A stretch of DNA of 64,000 nucleotides from Laetmonice hystrix. Taxonomy: Eukaryota. Position numbers and translations under genes: made by a program. This document shows, one piece after another, positions 1 to 13,759 of this stretch (the first letter of the stretch is position 1; each line of letters opens with the position of its first letter). Location: NCBI GenBank assembly GCA_965235115.1, contig OZ249447.1, forward strand, positions 1,860,001-1,924,000. Direction: 5' to 3'. The notes under the pieces were generated by a model. It was not told the origin of the DNA. It ran no database searches and saw only the letters and a list, made by a program, of their open reading frames with translations.

Positions 1-550
1 GTGTATAATTGTAATTAATTGTCAAATGTCAAATTGTCAATTGTCACCCCCGCCCTCGCCCCGCCCTTTTATCAATACTGAAACTCGACAACTGCTGCAT
101 CTGCGCCGACGACATGTTTCAGTTGCATGCTTCAGATAGGGAATGCCTCCCCCCCCCCCCCCATTTTCACAGCATCGACGTCCATAGGTGTATGTAGTTT
201 TGAATCCCAGCTTTCCTCTGGAGGAGTGTAACGAACAATAGATTTCAATAATTCTACTGTTCTGTCATATAATGTCATTCATTATGTCGGTTCCATATGG
301 TCAGAGCGGCTCCATGGTCCGAAGCTACAATAATGCTGCTGTGGTTTAATTGTTTGGTTATTGTTTCTGGTACTGGCAGCCAGACGCTCAGCACATGTGT
401 GTATGACAATCTCTATTGTATAAAACCACAGCGTGGAGAAAATGAACGCCTGTCGATATTTTATAACGAGACGACCTTTGACAACATGTGACAAAAGGTG
501 AAACGCACTGTCAGCAGAGCTTATCAATAATTGCCACGTCGGGCAAGGCG

Positions 551-1065
551 GGAATATCTTATGATACTGTAAAAGGTGTACTCTACAGTGATTTACATTC
601 AGGAATATCTTATGATACTGTAAAATGTGCACTCTACAGTGATTTACATTCAGGTATATCTTATGATACTGTGAAAGGTGTACTCTACAGTGATTTACAT
701 TCAGGAATATCTTATGATACTGTAAAATGTGCACTCTACTGTGATTTACATTCAGGTATATCTTATGATACTGTGAAAGGTGTACTCTACAGTGATTTAC
801 ATTCAGGAATATCTTATGATACTGTGAAAGGTGTACTCTACAGTGATTTACATTCAGGTATATCTTATGATACTGTAAAAGGTGTACTCTACAGTGATTT
901 ACATTCAGGAATATCTTATGATACTGTAAAAGGTGAACTCTACAGTGATTTACATTCAGGTATATCTTATGATACTGTGAAAGGTGTACTCTACAGTGAT
1001 TTACATTCAGGTATATCTTATGATACTGTAAAAGATGCAGTCTGCAGTGATTTATATTCAGGTAT
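551..1065. repeat. Minisatellite, 51-bp unit, ~10 copies
   Basis: Unit GGAATATCTTATGATACTGTAAAAGGTGTACTCTACAGTGATTTACATTCA; gives the 17-aa periodicity (GISYDTVKGVLYSDLHS) in the ORF track. Confidence 0.95.
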
Positions 1066-1393
1066 TTCACCTCTATAAATACATGTATAACATAAATTTA
1101 GGTTTTTAAAAATACGTAACCCTTCATGTACTATATACGTTCATATCGGGTGCGAGTGTCAGCCTGCTTACTCCAATGGCAAAATAAGATTGCACGTTTC
1201 TTTTTTCCTGATAGTTTTTGTTTTGCTAGTTGTCCCATAAAGCGTGGTACAATATCGTGTGCGTGGTGTGCGCCTCTGCCTGTACGCCAGGATGTAGCGA
1301 CGGGCGAATAATAGGCATTATGCAAGGTTAATGTATTTATGTATTTATGAATGGATGGGCTGAGGATCAATACAAGACACCACGGAACTATAT

Positions 1394-1598
1394 NNNNNNN
1401 NNNNNNNNNNNNNNNNNNNNNNNNNNNNNNNNNNNNNNNNNNNNNNNNNNNNNNNNNNNNNNNNNNNNNNNNNNNNNNNNNNNNNNNNNNNNNNNNNNNN
1501 NNNNNNNNNNNNNNNNNNNNNNNNNNNNNNNNNNNNNNNNNNNNNNNNNNNNNNNNNNNNNNNNNNNNNNNNNNNNNNNNNNNNNNNNNNNNNNNNNN
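1394..1598. other. Assembly gap (N run)
   Basis: Run of N. Confidence 0.99.
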
Positions 1599-1810
1599 CC
1601 CTCTTGTTCTTCCTCCTACTCGTCCCCATCCTCCTGCTACTACCTCTTAACGTCGGCAACTATATTCTCTGCTCCCTCCCCGTCCTATTCTTGCTGCTGC
1701 TGCTACACCTTAACGTCGGAGATTTGTATGCTTGCTGCGACTAAACGAGTGCAGGGATTTCATTGGGTAATGCCTGACGTGAGGTTCTAGAGCTCAAGTA
1801 CAAAAGGTTA

Positions 1811-3053
1811 TCACCTGTCTAATCATACACAAGGTGGTGAATTCACCTGTCTAATCATACACAGGGTGGTGTTTTCACCTGTCTAATCATACACAGGGTG
1901 GTGTTTTCACCTAATCATACACAAGGTGGTGAATTCACCTGTCTAATCATACACAGGGTGGTGTTTTCACCTGTCTAATCATACACAAGGTGGTGTTTTC
2001 TCCTGTCTAATCATACACAGGGTGGTGTTTTCACCTGTCTAATCATACACAAGGTGGTGTTTTCACCTGTCTAATCATACACAAGGTGGTGTTTTCACCT
2101 GTCTAATCATACACAAGGTGGTGTTTTCACCTGTCTAATCATACACAAGGTGGTGTTTTCACCTAATCATACACAAGGTTGTGAATTCACCTGTCTAATC
2201 ATACACAGGGTGGTGTTTTCACCTGTCTAATCATACACAGGGTGGTGTTTTCACCTGTCTAATCATACACAGGGTGGTGTTTTCACCTGTCTAATCATGG
2301 AGTGGCGGTGGCCTAGTTGGCATGGATGTCGACACCTTATGCTATGCGAATGGGTGCAGTAATCTTAGGGCCTGGGTTCGATTCCTGTAGAGGACTATAC
2401 AACTTTTCTCTTTAGGGACATTGTCAAAGTAATTGGGTTACCCCTGATGCCCGTGCATTTCAAAAGAAAAACACAGGGTGTTGTTTTCACCTGTCTAATC
2501 ATACACAGGGTGGTGTTTTCTCCTGTCTAATCATACACAGGGTGGTGTTTTCACCTGTCTAATCATACACAGGGTGGTGTTTTCACCTGTCTAATCATAC
2601 ACAAGGTGGTGTTTTCACCTGTCTAATCATACACAGGGTGGTGTTTTTTTCACCTGTCTAATTATACACAGGGTGGTGTTTTCACCTGTCTAATCATACA
2701 CAAGGTGGTGTTTTCACCTGTCTAATCATACACAAGGTGGTTTTTTCACCTGTCTAATCATACACAAGGTGGTTTTTTCACCTGTCTAATCATACACAGG
2801 GTGGTGTTTTCACCTGTCTAATCATACACAGGGTGGTGTTTTCACCTGTCTAATCATACACAGGTGGTGTTTTCACCTGTCTAATCATACACAGGGTGGT
2901 GTTTTCACCTGTCTAATCATACACAAGGTGGTGTTTTCACCTGTCTAATCATACACAAGGTGGTGTTTTCACCTGTCTAATCATACACAAGATGGTGTTT
3001 TCACCTGTCTAATCATACACAGGGTGGTGTTTTCACCTGTCTAATCATACACA
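1811..3053. repeat. Minisatellite, ~32-bp unit, interrupted by a SINE
   Basis: Unit CACCTGTCTAATCATACACAGGGTGGTGTTTT repeated on both sides of 2299-2470. Confidence 0.95.
2299..2470 (+). mobile_element. tRNA-derived SINE inserted in minisatellite
   Basis: A-box TGGCCTAGTTGG (~2310), B-box GGTTCGATTCC (2375-2385), A-rich tail CAAAAGAAAA; sits exactly between CTAATCAT and ACACAGGG of one repeat unit. Confidence 0.75.
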
Positions 3054-3247
3054 AAACATTTTATCCCAGCCATTTCAGGGATGAGCTACTCGTCGGCTAT
3101 CAAAGAAATAAAATTCTGACAGACATAGGCCATCATCGGAACATTTTCCAAAGCCCATCCGGGTAAACCTGATGCCAGTGCATTGGGATGAATTCATTCT
3201 GTCCACCGCAAATAAACCACACAAGGGGGTATTGTGAAGCCTACGGT

Positions 3248-3385
3248 TTTCGTGTTGTAACCTGATAGTCCTTATAAAGACTGGTGAAGCCTTGGTGTCA
3301 GTTTCGTGTTGTAACTTGACAGTCCTTATAAAGACCGGCGAGTTCTTGTTGTTGGTTTCGTGTTATAACTTGACAGACCTTATAC
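3248..3385. repeat. Degenerate ~50-bp tandem triplication
   Basis: Three copies of TTTCGTGTTGTAAC(C/T)TGA(T/C)AGTCCTTATA core. Confidence 0.75.
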
Positions 3386-3634
3386 AACGTTTTCCGTTAC
3401 CGTTAGCAATCTCTGCACATGTTAATTACCCCCACTGAGGGGTGGGAGATGTAGGAATAATTGGGCCAGTATATGACCATCCGTGCTATCCGATATAACC
3501 TTGTATCCCAACCCCTCCACCACGATGGTCAAATTGATCTACTACGACCACCACCACTCAGTCAGTATGATATCCTCGGACAGTAGATCGTGAAATATAC
3601 ACGCGTGTAGAACCCCCCCCGGTGTGATTTGTAC

Positions 3635-3693
3635 GGAAGCCCAGGAGTCGCATCTCGTGGTCTCGTGCTGGGCGATGCGACTCCTGGGCTTCC
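3635..3693. repeat. Perfect 20-bp inverted repeat with 19-nt loop
   Basis: GGAAGCCCAGGAGTCGCATC (3635-3654) is the exact reverse complement of GATGCGACTCCTGGGCTTCC (3674-3693). Confidence 0.9.
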
Positions 3694-4369
3694 ATAGATT
3701 TGTCTTTAACAACTGCCAGGGAGTGCGTGGGGAAGTGGGTGGGTGAGTGGGTGTTGATCTGGTGGTGGACACAGACCATACACAAAGGATTATTCCCCGC
3801 ACGTGACGCCAAGGGCTGGGTAGTTTACCTGGTCAATGTCAGAGGGCGCTGCTAACAGCCGGGTTGTGTTTATTTTTTCTGGTATAGAGAAGGTAAGTCT
3901 CTATAAATAGCCGAACACCTTTATACCAGCCAGACGGTAGGAGTCGATGAAACGACCATCTTGCGTGTTTCTGTGGACTGCGTGGCCTTGCCGATTCTCT
4001 CTGGTAAATCTACTGGGGTCCCTCAATGAAATCAACAGGTGCGTGAAACAGCAGGGGATCAATATAACTGCGAGAAAAAATGATTGAAAGATAAAAAAAA
4101 AACCGACCTAGTTTGTTCTTTTCTCTTCAAACCCTCTCTACAAATGTTCTTGTCTTTTAAATTTCGATCTTGTTCTTGTGATCATTCTTGTGATGACCCG
4201 AAATCTGATCATGACCCGAAATCATATTCGCTATAATGAATTCCCTTTTCAATTGAGTACAATGTAACGATGCATTGTGCCAACACAAGCAGTCCGCGTG
4301 CATCAGACGGTTCGAGCACTACATTACAGTAGAGTACATTAGACGATCACTTCGGCGACTTCAAACACC

Positions 4370-5962
4370 GTCAGAACTCTACCCCCGCCTTCCGTCAGCT
4401 CAGTCAGTCACTGTCAGAACTCTACCCCCGCCTTCCTTGAGCTCAGTCAGTCACTGTCAGAACTCTACCCCCGCCTTCCTTGAGCTCAGTCAGTCACTGT
4501 CAGAACTCTACCCCCGCCTAGTCAGGCTCAGTGAGTCACTGTCAGAACTCTACCCCCGCCTTCCTTCAGCTTAGTCAGTCACTGTCAGAACTCTACCCCC
4601 GCCTAGTCAGGCTCAGTGAGTCACTGTCAGAACTCTACCCCCGCCTTCCTTCAGCTTAGTCAGTCACTGTCAGAACTCTACCCCCGCCTAGTCAGGCTCA
4701 GTCAGTCACTGTCAGAACTCTACCCCCGCCTTCCTTCAGCTTAGTCAGTCACTGTCAGAACTCTACCCCCGCCTTCCTTCAGCTTAGTCAGTCACTGTCA
4801 GAACTCTACCCCCGCCTTCCTTGAGCTCAGTCAGTCACTGTCAGAACTCTACCCCCGCCTAGTCAGGCTCAGTGAGTCACTGTCAGAACTCTACCCCCGC
4901 CTTCCTTCAGCTTAGTCAGTCACTGTCAGAACTCTACCCCCGCCTAGTCAGGCTCAGTGAGTCACTGTCAGAACTCTACCCCCGCCTTCCTTCAGCTTAG
5001 TCAGTCACTGTCAGAACTCTACCCCCGCCTAGTCAGGCTCAGTCAGTCACTGTCAGAACTCTACCCCCGCCTTCCTTCAGCTTAGTCAGTCACTGTCAGA
5101 ACTCTACCCCCGCCTTCCTTCAGCTTAGTCAGTCACTGTCAGAACTCTACCCCCGCCTTCCTTGAGCTCAGTCAGTCACTGTCAGAACTCTACCCCCGCC
5201 TTCCTTGAGCTCAGTCAGTCACTGTCAGAACTCTACCCCCGCCTTCCTTCAGCTCAGTGAATCACTGTCAGAACTCTACCCCCGCCTTCCTTCAGCTCAG
5301 TCAGTCACTGTCAGAACTCTACCCCCGCCTAGTCAGGCTCAGTTAGTCACTGTCAAAACTCTACCCCCGCCTTCCTTGAGCTTAGTCAGTCACTGTCAGA
5401 AGTCTACCCCCGCCTTCCGTCAGCTCAGTCAGTCACTGTCAGAACTCTACCCCCGCCTAGTCAGGCTCAGTTAGTCACTGTCAAAACTCTACCCCCGCCT
5501 TCCTTGAGCTCAGTGAGTCACTGTCAGAACTCTACCCCCGCCTTCCGTCAGCTCAGTCAGTCACTGTCAGAACTCTACCCCCGCCTTCCTTCAGCTCAGT
5601 GAGTCACTGTCAGAACTCTACCCTCGCCTTCCTTGAGCTCAGTCAGTCACTGTCAGAACTCAGCTCAGTCAGTCACTGTCAGAACTCTACCCCCGCCTTC
5701 CTTCAGCTCAGTCAGTCACTGTCAGAACTCTACCCCCGCCTTCCTTCAGCTCAGTCAGTCACTGTCAGAACTCTACCCCCGCCTAGTCAGGCTCAGTTAG
5801 TCACTGTCAAAACTCTACCCCCGCCTTCCTTGAGATCAGTCAGTCACTGTCAGAACTCTACCCCCGCCTTCCTTGAGCTCAGTCAGTCACTGTCAGAACT
5901 CTACCCCCGCCTTCCTTCAGTCAGTCAGTCACTGTCAGAACTCCCGCCTTCCTTCAGTCAGT
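4370..5962. repeat. Minisatellite, 42/43-bp unit variants
   Basis: GTCAGAACTCTACCCCCGCC followed by TTCCTTCAGCTCAGTCAGTCACT or TAGTCAGGCTCAGTGAGTCACT. Confidence 0.95.
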
Positions 5963-6562
5963 CAAGTATAAACTGGTCAGGGGGTATTCTCTGGTCAAGG
6001 GGTATACTCTGGGCAAGGGTCAAGGGGTATACCATAAAGTATTGGAAGTCTTTCATCGATTTTGCGAGTTTTACTTCACACTGCTGCTACCTAGTTGCGC
6101 TGTTAACCTAATCGAAAGACCATCATTTAATATTGTTTATGGTGCAAAATTTAACCAGGCCATAACCTCCGTATATCAGTGTGTTCCCCCAATCTAACAC
6201 CATATACCATGATGCTAATCTTCCCACCACACTAGAGATTGCATTAAGTAATTAGTAATAAAATATGTATGATTATAAATGTACACTACAATAAGCGCCT
6301 GTGACCGTTCTATTCATATGGTGACCTATCCCCAGATCTCACGCCCATAATGGTACCACCAAACCACACCTTTCACCTGCACTGCACCCTTTCATTGTGC
6401 TAGTTTCCGACTATTTGACGCAGTCATAAATGTCTTCTTTGTTAGTGTAAAAAGGTACATGGAAGACGCATTATTGAATTTGGTTGAAATGCATTGATGT
6501 AATAAATTCCGAATAAAGGTAATAAAGATATAACTCTCAAAGCAGTTTGACACATCTACCTC

Positions 6563-7184
6563 TAGTAGTCCACCAGTAAGTTATAATAGTCCATCAGTAT
6601 GTTATAATAGTCCACCAGTAAGTTATAATAGTCCATCAGTATGTTATAATAGTCCACCAGTAAGTTATAATAGTCCATCAGTATGTTATAATAGTCCACC
6701 AGTAAGTTATAATAGTCCATCAGTATGTTATAATAGTCCACCAGTAAGTTATAATAGTCCACCAGTAAGTTATAATAGTTCACCAGTAAGTTATAATAGT
6801 TCACCAGTAAGTTATAATAGTCCACCAGTAAGTTATAATAGTCCACCAGTAAGTTATAACAGTTCGCCAGTAAGTCATAGTAGTTCACCAGTAAGTTATA
6901 ACAGTTCACCAGTAAGTTATAACAGTTCACCAGTAAGTCATAGTAGTTCACCAGTAAGTTATAACAGTTCACCAGTAAGTTATGGTAGTTCACCAGTAAG
7001 TTATAATAGTTCACCAGTAAGTTATAATAGTTCACCAGTAAGTTATAATAGTCCACCAGTAAATTATAATAGTCCACCAGTAAGTTATAACAGTTCACCA
7101 GTAAGTTATAACAGTTCACCAGTAAGTCATAGAAGTTCACCAGTAAGTTATAACAGTTCACCAGTAAGTTATGGTAGTTCACCT
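6563..7184. repeat. Minisatellite, 21-bp unit, ~29 copies
   Basis: Unit GTTATAATAGTCCACCAGTAA; 7-aa periodicity in ORF 6562-7182. Confidence 0.95.
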
Positions 7185-7748
7185 ATAAGTTAGTCCCAGA
7201 TCCTTGGGGGTATCCTTCTCCCCTAGACAAAAAAATCAGTTCGGGCGTGTATGAGGTATGGAAGTGGCGCCGTATTCTCCGCCGTACAATGATTTCCTTA
7301 GGGATTGCTAGAATACGTATTAAAGAAGAATTCCTCCCGTGAACGTACACCCATCGTCCACCTCGTTCGATTCGGCCCTGAGGGGTATCAACCGCCGTGA
7401 CCCCGGTCTGACCCGAGTAAAAGGAGCAAGGCTCACCTGCAGGCCAAGGACCAGATCTCTAGGAAGTCATAGGATGGAGGAGGCTGATATCTCCTACCCC
7501 TCAGGGGTCTGTCATCAACTAATGGCACCCATTTATAAGTGGGTAATCCTCTGACGACAAGTCGCCTCCAAGGCCAGCTTTTATGTCACAGTGTCTACAT
7601 GGGCCCCTGTACAATTCATGTGAGTAATTTCTGCCAGTCTCCCGAGGCTAGGGAAACATCTCGCCAGGGCAAGCACTAAATATCTGTCGTATAGCAAGAC
7701 CCACATTTGTGTATCCTGTATATTATTTACCGGTTCTTTACATCCTCT

Positions 7749-10700
7749 CTTTCTATCGATGTTATCTAATACCCAGAGATATCCTTTCTATCGATGTTAT
7801 CTAATACCCAGAGATATCCTTTCTATCGATGTTATCTAATACCCAGAGATATCCTTTCTATCGATGTTATCTAATACCCAGAGATATCCTTTCTATCGAT
7901 GTTATCTAATACCCAGAGATATCCTTTCTATCGATGTTATCTAATACCCAGAGATATCCTTTCTATCGATGTTATCTAATACCCAGAGATATCCTTTCTA
8001 TCGATGTTATCTAATACCCAGAGATATCCTTTCTATCGATGTTATCTAATACCCAGAGATATCCTTTCTATCGATGTTATCTAATACCCAGAGATATCCT
8101 TTCTATCGATGTTATCTAATACCCAGAGATATCCTTTCTATCGATGTTATCTAATACCCAGAGATATCCTTTCTATCGATGTTATCTAATACCCAGAGAT
8201 ATCCTTTCTATCGATGTTATCTAATACCCAGAGATAGCGTTTCTATCGATGTTATCTAATACCCAGAGATATCCTTTCTATCGATGTTATCTAATACCCA
8301 GAGATGTCCTTTCTATCGATGTTATCTAATACCCAGAGATATCCTTTCTATCGATGTTATCTAATACCCAGAGATATCCTATCTATCGATGTTATCTGAT
8401 ACCCAGAGATATCCTTTCTATCGATGTTATCTAATACCCAGAGATATCCTGTCTATCGATGTTATCTAATACCCAGAGATATCCTTTCTATCGATGTTAT
8501 GTAATACCCAGAGATGTCCTTTCTATCGATGTTATCTAATACCCAGAGATGTCCTTTCTATCGATGTTATCTAATACCCAGAGATATCCTTTCTATCGAT
8601 GTTATCTAATACCCAGAGATGTCCTTTCTATCGATGTTATCTAATACCCAGAGATGTCCTTTCTATCGATGTTATCTAATACCCAGAGATATCCGTTCTA
8701 TCGATGTTATCTAATACCCAGAGATATCCGTTCTATCGATGTTATCTAATACCCAGAGATGTCCTTTCTATCGATGTTATCTAATACCCAGAGATATCCT
8801 TTCTATCGATGTTATCTAATACCCAGAGATATCCTTTCTATCGATGTTATCTAATACCCAGAGATATCCTTTCTATCGATGTTATCTAATACCCAGAGAT
8901 ATCCTTTCTATCGATGTTATCTAATACCCAGAGATATCCTTTCTATCGATGTTATCTAATACCCAGAGATGTCCTTTCTGTCGATGTTATCTAATACCCA
9001 GAGATATCCTTTCTATCGGTTATCTAATACCCAGAGATATCCTTTCTATCGATGTTATCTAATACCCAGAGATGTCCTTTCTATCGATGTTATCTAATAC
9101 CCAGAGATATCCTTTCTATCGATGGTATCTAATACCCAGAGATATCCTATCTATCGATGTTATCTAATACCCTGAGATATCCTTTCTATCGATGGTATCT
9201 AATACCCAGAGATATCCTATCTATCGATGTTATCTAATACCCAGAGATATCCTTTCTATCGATGTTATCTAATACCCAGAGATGTCCTTTCTATCGATGT
9301 TATCTAATACCCAGAGATGTCCTTTCTATCGATGTTATCTAATACCCAGAGATATCCGTTCTATCCATGTTATCTAATACCCAGAGATATCCTTTCTATC
9401 GATGTTATCTAATACCCAGAGATATCCTTTCTATCGATGTTATCTAATACCCAGAGATATCCTTTCTATCGATGTTATCTAATACCCAGAGATGTCCTTT
9501 CTATCGATGTTATCTAATACCCAGAGATATCCTTTCTATCGATGGTATCTAATACCCAGAGATATCCTTTCTATCGATGTTATCTAATACCCAGAAATAT
9601 CCGTTCTATCGATGTTATCTAATACCCAGAGATATCCTTTCTATCGATGTTATCTAATACCCAGAAATATCCGTTCTATCGATGTTATCTAATACCCAGA
9701 GATATCCTTTCTATCGATGTTATCTAATACCCAGAGATATCCTATCTATCGATGTTATCTAATACCCAGAGATATCCTTTCTATCGATGTTATCTAATAC
9801 CCAGAGATATCCTTTCTATCGATGTTATCTAATACCCAGAGATATCCTTTTATCGATGTTATCTAATACCCAGAGATATCCGTTCTATCCATGTTATCTA
9901 ATACCCAGAGATATCCTTTCTATCGATGTTATCTAATACCCAGAGATATCCTTTCTATCGATGTTATCTAATACCCAGAGATATCCTTTCTATCGATGTT
10001 ATCTAATACCCAGAGATATCCTTTCTATCGATGTTATCTAATACCCAGAGATATCCTATCTATCGATGTTATCTAATACCCAGAGATATCCTTTCTATCG
10101 ATGTTATCTAATACCCAGAGATATCCTTTCTATCGATGTTATCTAATACCCAGAGATGTCCTTTCTATCGATGTTATCTAATACCCAGAGATATCCTTTC
10201 TATCGATGTTATCTAATACCCAGAGATGTCCTTTCTATCGATGTTATCTAATACCCAGAGATATCCGTTCTATCGATGTTATCTAATACCCAGAGATATC
10301 CTATCTATCGATGTTAATTAATACCCAGAGATATCCTTTCTATCGATGTTATCTAATACCCAGAGATGTCCTTTCTATCGATGTTATCTAATACCCAGAG
10401 ATATCCTTTCTATCGATGTTATCTAATACCCAGAGATGTCCTTTCTATCGATGTTATCTAATACCCAGAGATATCCTTTCTATCGATGTTATCTAATACC
10501 CAGAGATATCCTTTCTATCGATGTTATCTAATACCCAGAGATATCCTTTCTATCGATGGTATCTAATACCCAGAGATATCCGTTCTATCCATGTTATCTA
10601 ATACCCAGAGATATCCTTTCTATCGATGTTATCTAATACCCAGAGATATCCTTTCTATCGATGGTATCTAATACCCAGAGATATCCGTTCTATCCATGTT

Positions 10701-10760
10701 ATCTAATACCCAGAGATATCCTTTCTATCGATGTTATCTAATACCCAGAGATATCCTTTC
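7749..10760. repeat. Minisatellite, 35-bp unit, ~85 copies
   Basis: Unit CTTTCTATCGATGTTATCTAATACCCAGAGATATC, highly homogeneous, no spacers. Confidence 0.97.
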
Positions 10761-11067
10761 CACAAACCGAGAAGGTTTCTCTCGTGTTCCCGTTTCTACG
10801 TAACGAGCCTGTCGTGCCTGGTTCGTGGAGCCCAGCATGAGTGACACGATTGTGACATTGATCACCTGGGAATGACAAACGTTCCGTGTCTTGGCTGACT
10901 GTTTGTCCAAGCCTGTTATCACTGGAGAAACAAACGTCAGTTTAACGTTATCGGCCAGGTGGGTGTGGCAAACAAGAAGTAACCGGGACACATTTATCAC
11001 GCGTTCACTACAGCACTGGTTTGTGACTCCTCGAGATTAAGTGTCACACATTTCGTGACTCCCCGCC

Positions 11068-12989
11068 GGTCGTCCTGTAACAGTCGCTGTGACTGACTCT
11101 CCGTCAGTCGTCCTGTAACAGTCACTGTGACTGACTCACCGTCAGTCGTCCTGTAACAGTCACTGTGACTGACTCCCCGTCAGTCGTCCTGTAACAGTCA
11201 CTGTGACTGACTCACCGTCAGTCGTTCTGTAACAGTCACTGTGACTGACTCACCGTCAGTCGTTCTGTAACAGTCACTGTGACTGACTCACCGTCAGTCG
11301 TTCTGTAACAGTCACTGTGACTGACTCCAGTCGTCCTGTAACAGTCACTGTGACTGACTCCAGTCGTCCTGTAACAGTCACTGTGACTGACTCCAGTCGT
11401 CCTGTAACAGTCACTGTGACTGACTCCAGTCGTTCTGTAACAGTCACTGTGACTGACTCCAGTCGTTCTGTAACAGTCACTGTGACTGACTCACCGTCAG
11501 TCGTTCTGTAACAGTCACTGTGACTGACTCACCGGCAGTCGTCCTGTAACAGTCACTGTGACTGACTCACCGTCAGTCGTTCTGTAACAGTCACTGTGAC
11601 TGACTCTCTGTCAGTCGTCCTGTAACAGTCAACGTGACTGACTCCCTGTCAGTCGTCCTGTAACAGTCACCGTGACTGATTCCCCGTCAGTCGTTCTGTA
11701 ACAGTCACTGTGACTGACTCCAGTCGTTCTGTAACAGTCACTGTGACTGACTCCAGTCGTCCTGTAACAGGCACCGTGACTGACTCCAGTCGTCCTGTAA
11801 CAGTCACTGTGACTGACTCACTGTCAGTCGTCCTGTAACAGTCACTGTGACTGACTCCAGTCGTTCTGTAACAGTCACTGTGACTGACTCACCGTCAGTC
11901 GTCCTGTAACAGTCACTGTGACTGACTCCAGTCGTCCTGTAACAGTCACCGTGACTGACTCCAGTCGTCCTGTAACAGGCACCGTGACTGACCCCAGTCG
12001 TCCTGTAACAGTCACTGTGACTGACTCACCGTCAGTCGTCCTGTAACAGTCACTGTGACTGACTCACCGTCAGTCGTCCTGTAACAGTCACCGTGACTGA
12101 CTCCAGTCGTCCTGTAACAGGCACCGTGACTGACTCCAGTCGTCCTGTAACAGGCACCGTGACTGACTCCAGTCGTCCTGTAACAGTCACTGTGACTGAC
12201 TCACCGTCAGTCGTCCTGTAACAGTCACCGTGACTGACTCCAGTCGTCCTGTAACAGTCACTGTGACTGACTCACCGTCAGTCGTCCTGTAACAGTCACT
12301 GTGACTGACTCACCGTCAGTCGTCCTGTAACAGTCACTGTGACTGACTCACTGTCAGTCGTCCTGTAACAGTCACTGTGACTGACTCCAGTCGTTCTGTA
12401 ACAGTCACTGTGACTGACTCACCGTCAGTCGTCCTGTAACAGTCACCGTGACTGACTCCAGTCGTCCTGTAACAGTCACCGTGACTGACTCCAGTCGTTC
12501 TGTAACAGTCACTGTGACTGACTCCAGTCGTTCTGTAACAGTCACTGTGACTGATTCACCGTCAGTCGTCCTGTAACAGTCACTGTGACTGACTCCAGTC
12601 GTTCTGTAACAGTCACTGTGACTGACCCACCGTCAGTCGTCCTGTAACAGTCACCGTGACTGACTCCCTGTCAGTCGTTCTGTAACAGTCACCGTGACTG
12701 ACTCACCGTCAGTCGTCCTGTAACAGTCACTGTGACTGACTCCAGTCGTTCTGTAACAGTCAACGTGACTGACTCCCTGTCAGTCGTTCTGTAACAGTCA
12801 CTGTGACTGACTCACCGTCAGTTGTCCTGTAACAGTCACTGTGACTGACTCCAGTCGTCCTGTAACAGTCACTGTGACTGACTCCAGTCGTCCTGTAACT
12901 GTCACTGTGACTAACTCCAGTCGTTCTGTAACAGTCACTGTGACTGACTCACCGTCAGTCGTTCTGTAACAGTCACTGTGACTGACTCT
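11068..12989. repeat. Minisatellite with interspersed 33- and 38-bp units
   Basis: GTCGT(C/T)CTGTAACAGTCACTGTGACTGACTC followed by CA or ACCGTCA. Confidence 0.95.
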
Positions 12990-13759
12990 CTGGATCAATC
13001 CATCTCTCCATCCGGACGGAATAATCGATCATAGGATCGATCATATGTAGATAGTTTGTAAGATACAGACAGGATAGGACCAACAATTTATGAAAACATA
13101 GGGCAATACACAGATAGAGGGAAACTTTGGCGAGTCGGCAGTATGAGTCTAACAGGACTAAAAAAAACTCGCTAAGTTTGTAATGTTCCGATAAGTCACT
13201 TAGTCTGATGCCTCCTGGAACGCGCGCTGTACAAGCCACTCTAAGACGCCTGATTCCGGTACATTGGTGTCCAAGGACAATTCGCCCCACGGACATTTGC
13301 CCATCAGACGGACGATAAGCGGATTGACAGAGGGCTGATGTCGCCTAGTGGTGCCCGACAGCCGACAAGAACCCACTCACTCCCCCTACCGGCCAGCCGT
13401 GCTCCAACAGATGAGATGTGACGTCACGAGCAGCCACCTGAAGCACTTTCCTCCTTGGTCCACAGGAAATGGCATTGATCATACAAGCTGCTAGCAATCC
13501 ACGTAATCATATTAGATCGTGAAGAAATCACATGAACGGGTTTTTACAAACGGTCGACTGTCAATATGTGGGGGAGCCCAGATCTGTAGGCGACAAATAC
13601 ATCATCTTGTCACTTCCGGTTTACTTAGTCATTTGTGTTCCTTTTCGTATATATATCCTACATATTGTTTTCCGTTTCGTATATACCCTACATATTTTCC
13701 CTTTCTAAAGTCCTTAAAACGCCGACTGTCTTTTGTTTCAATGAGTCCAAAATGCAGAT

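Noticed and set aside
297-491. 64-aa ORF with a signal-peptide-like stretch
   Set aside because: Short, no recognisable family, no convincing splice donor.
282-1078. 262-aa and 196-aa repetitive ORFs
   Set aside because: They are read-throughs of the 51-bp array, open on both strands because the unit is a multiple of 3; no splice or homology support.
1117-1330. Possible piggyBac-like MITE (TAACCCTT ... AAGGTTAA)
   Set aside because: TIR match is only a few bases and the left TTAA is absent.
7749-10760. CRISPR-like regular 35-bp repeats (also the other arrays)
   Set aside because: Units are head-to-tail with no unique spacers, there are no cas genes, and the context is eukaryotic.
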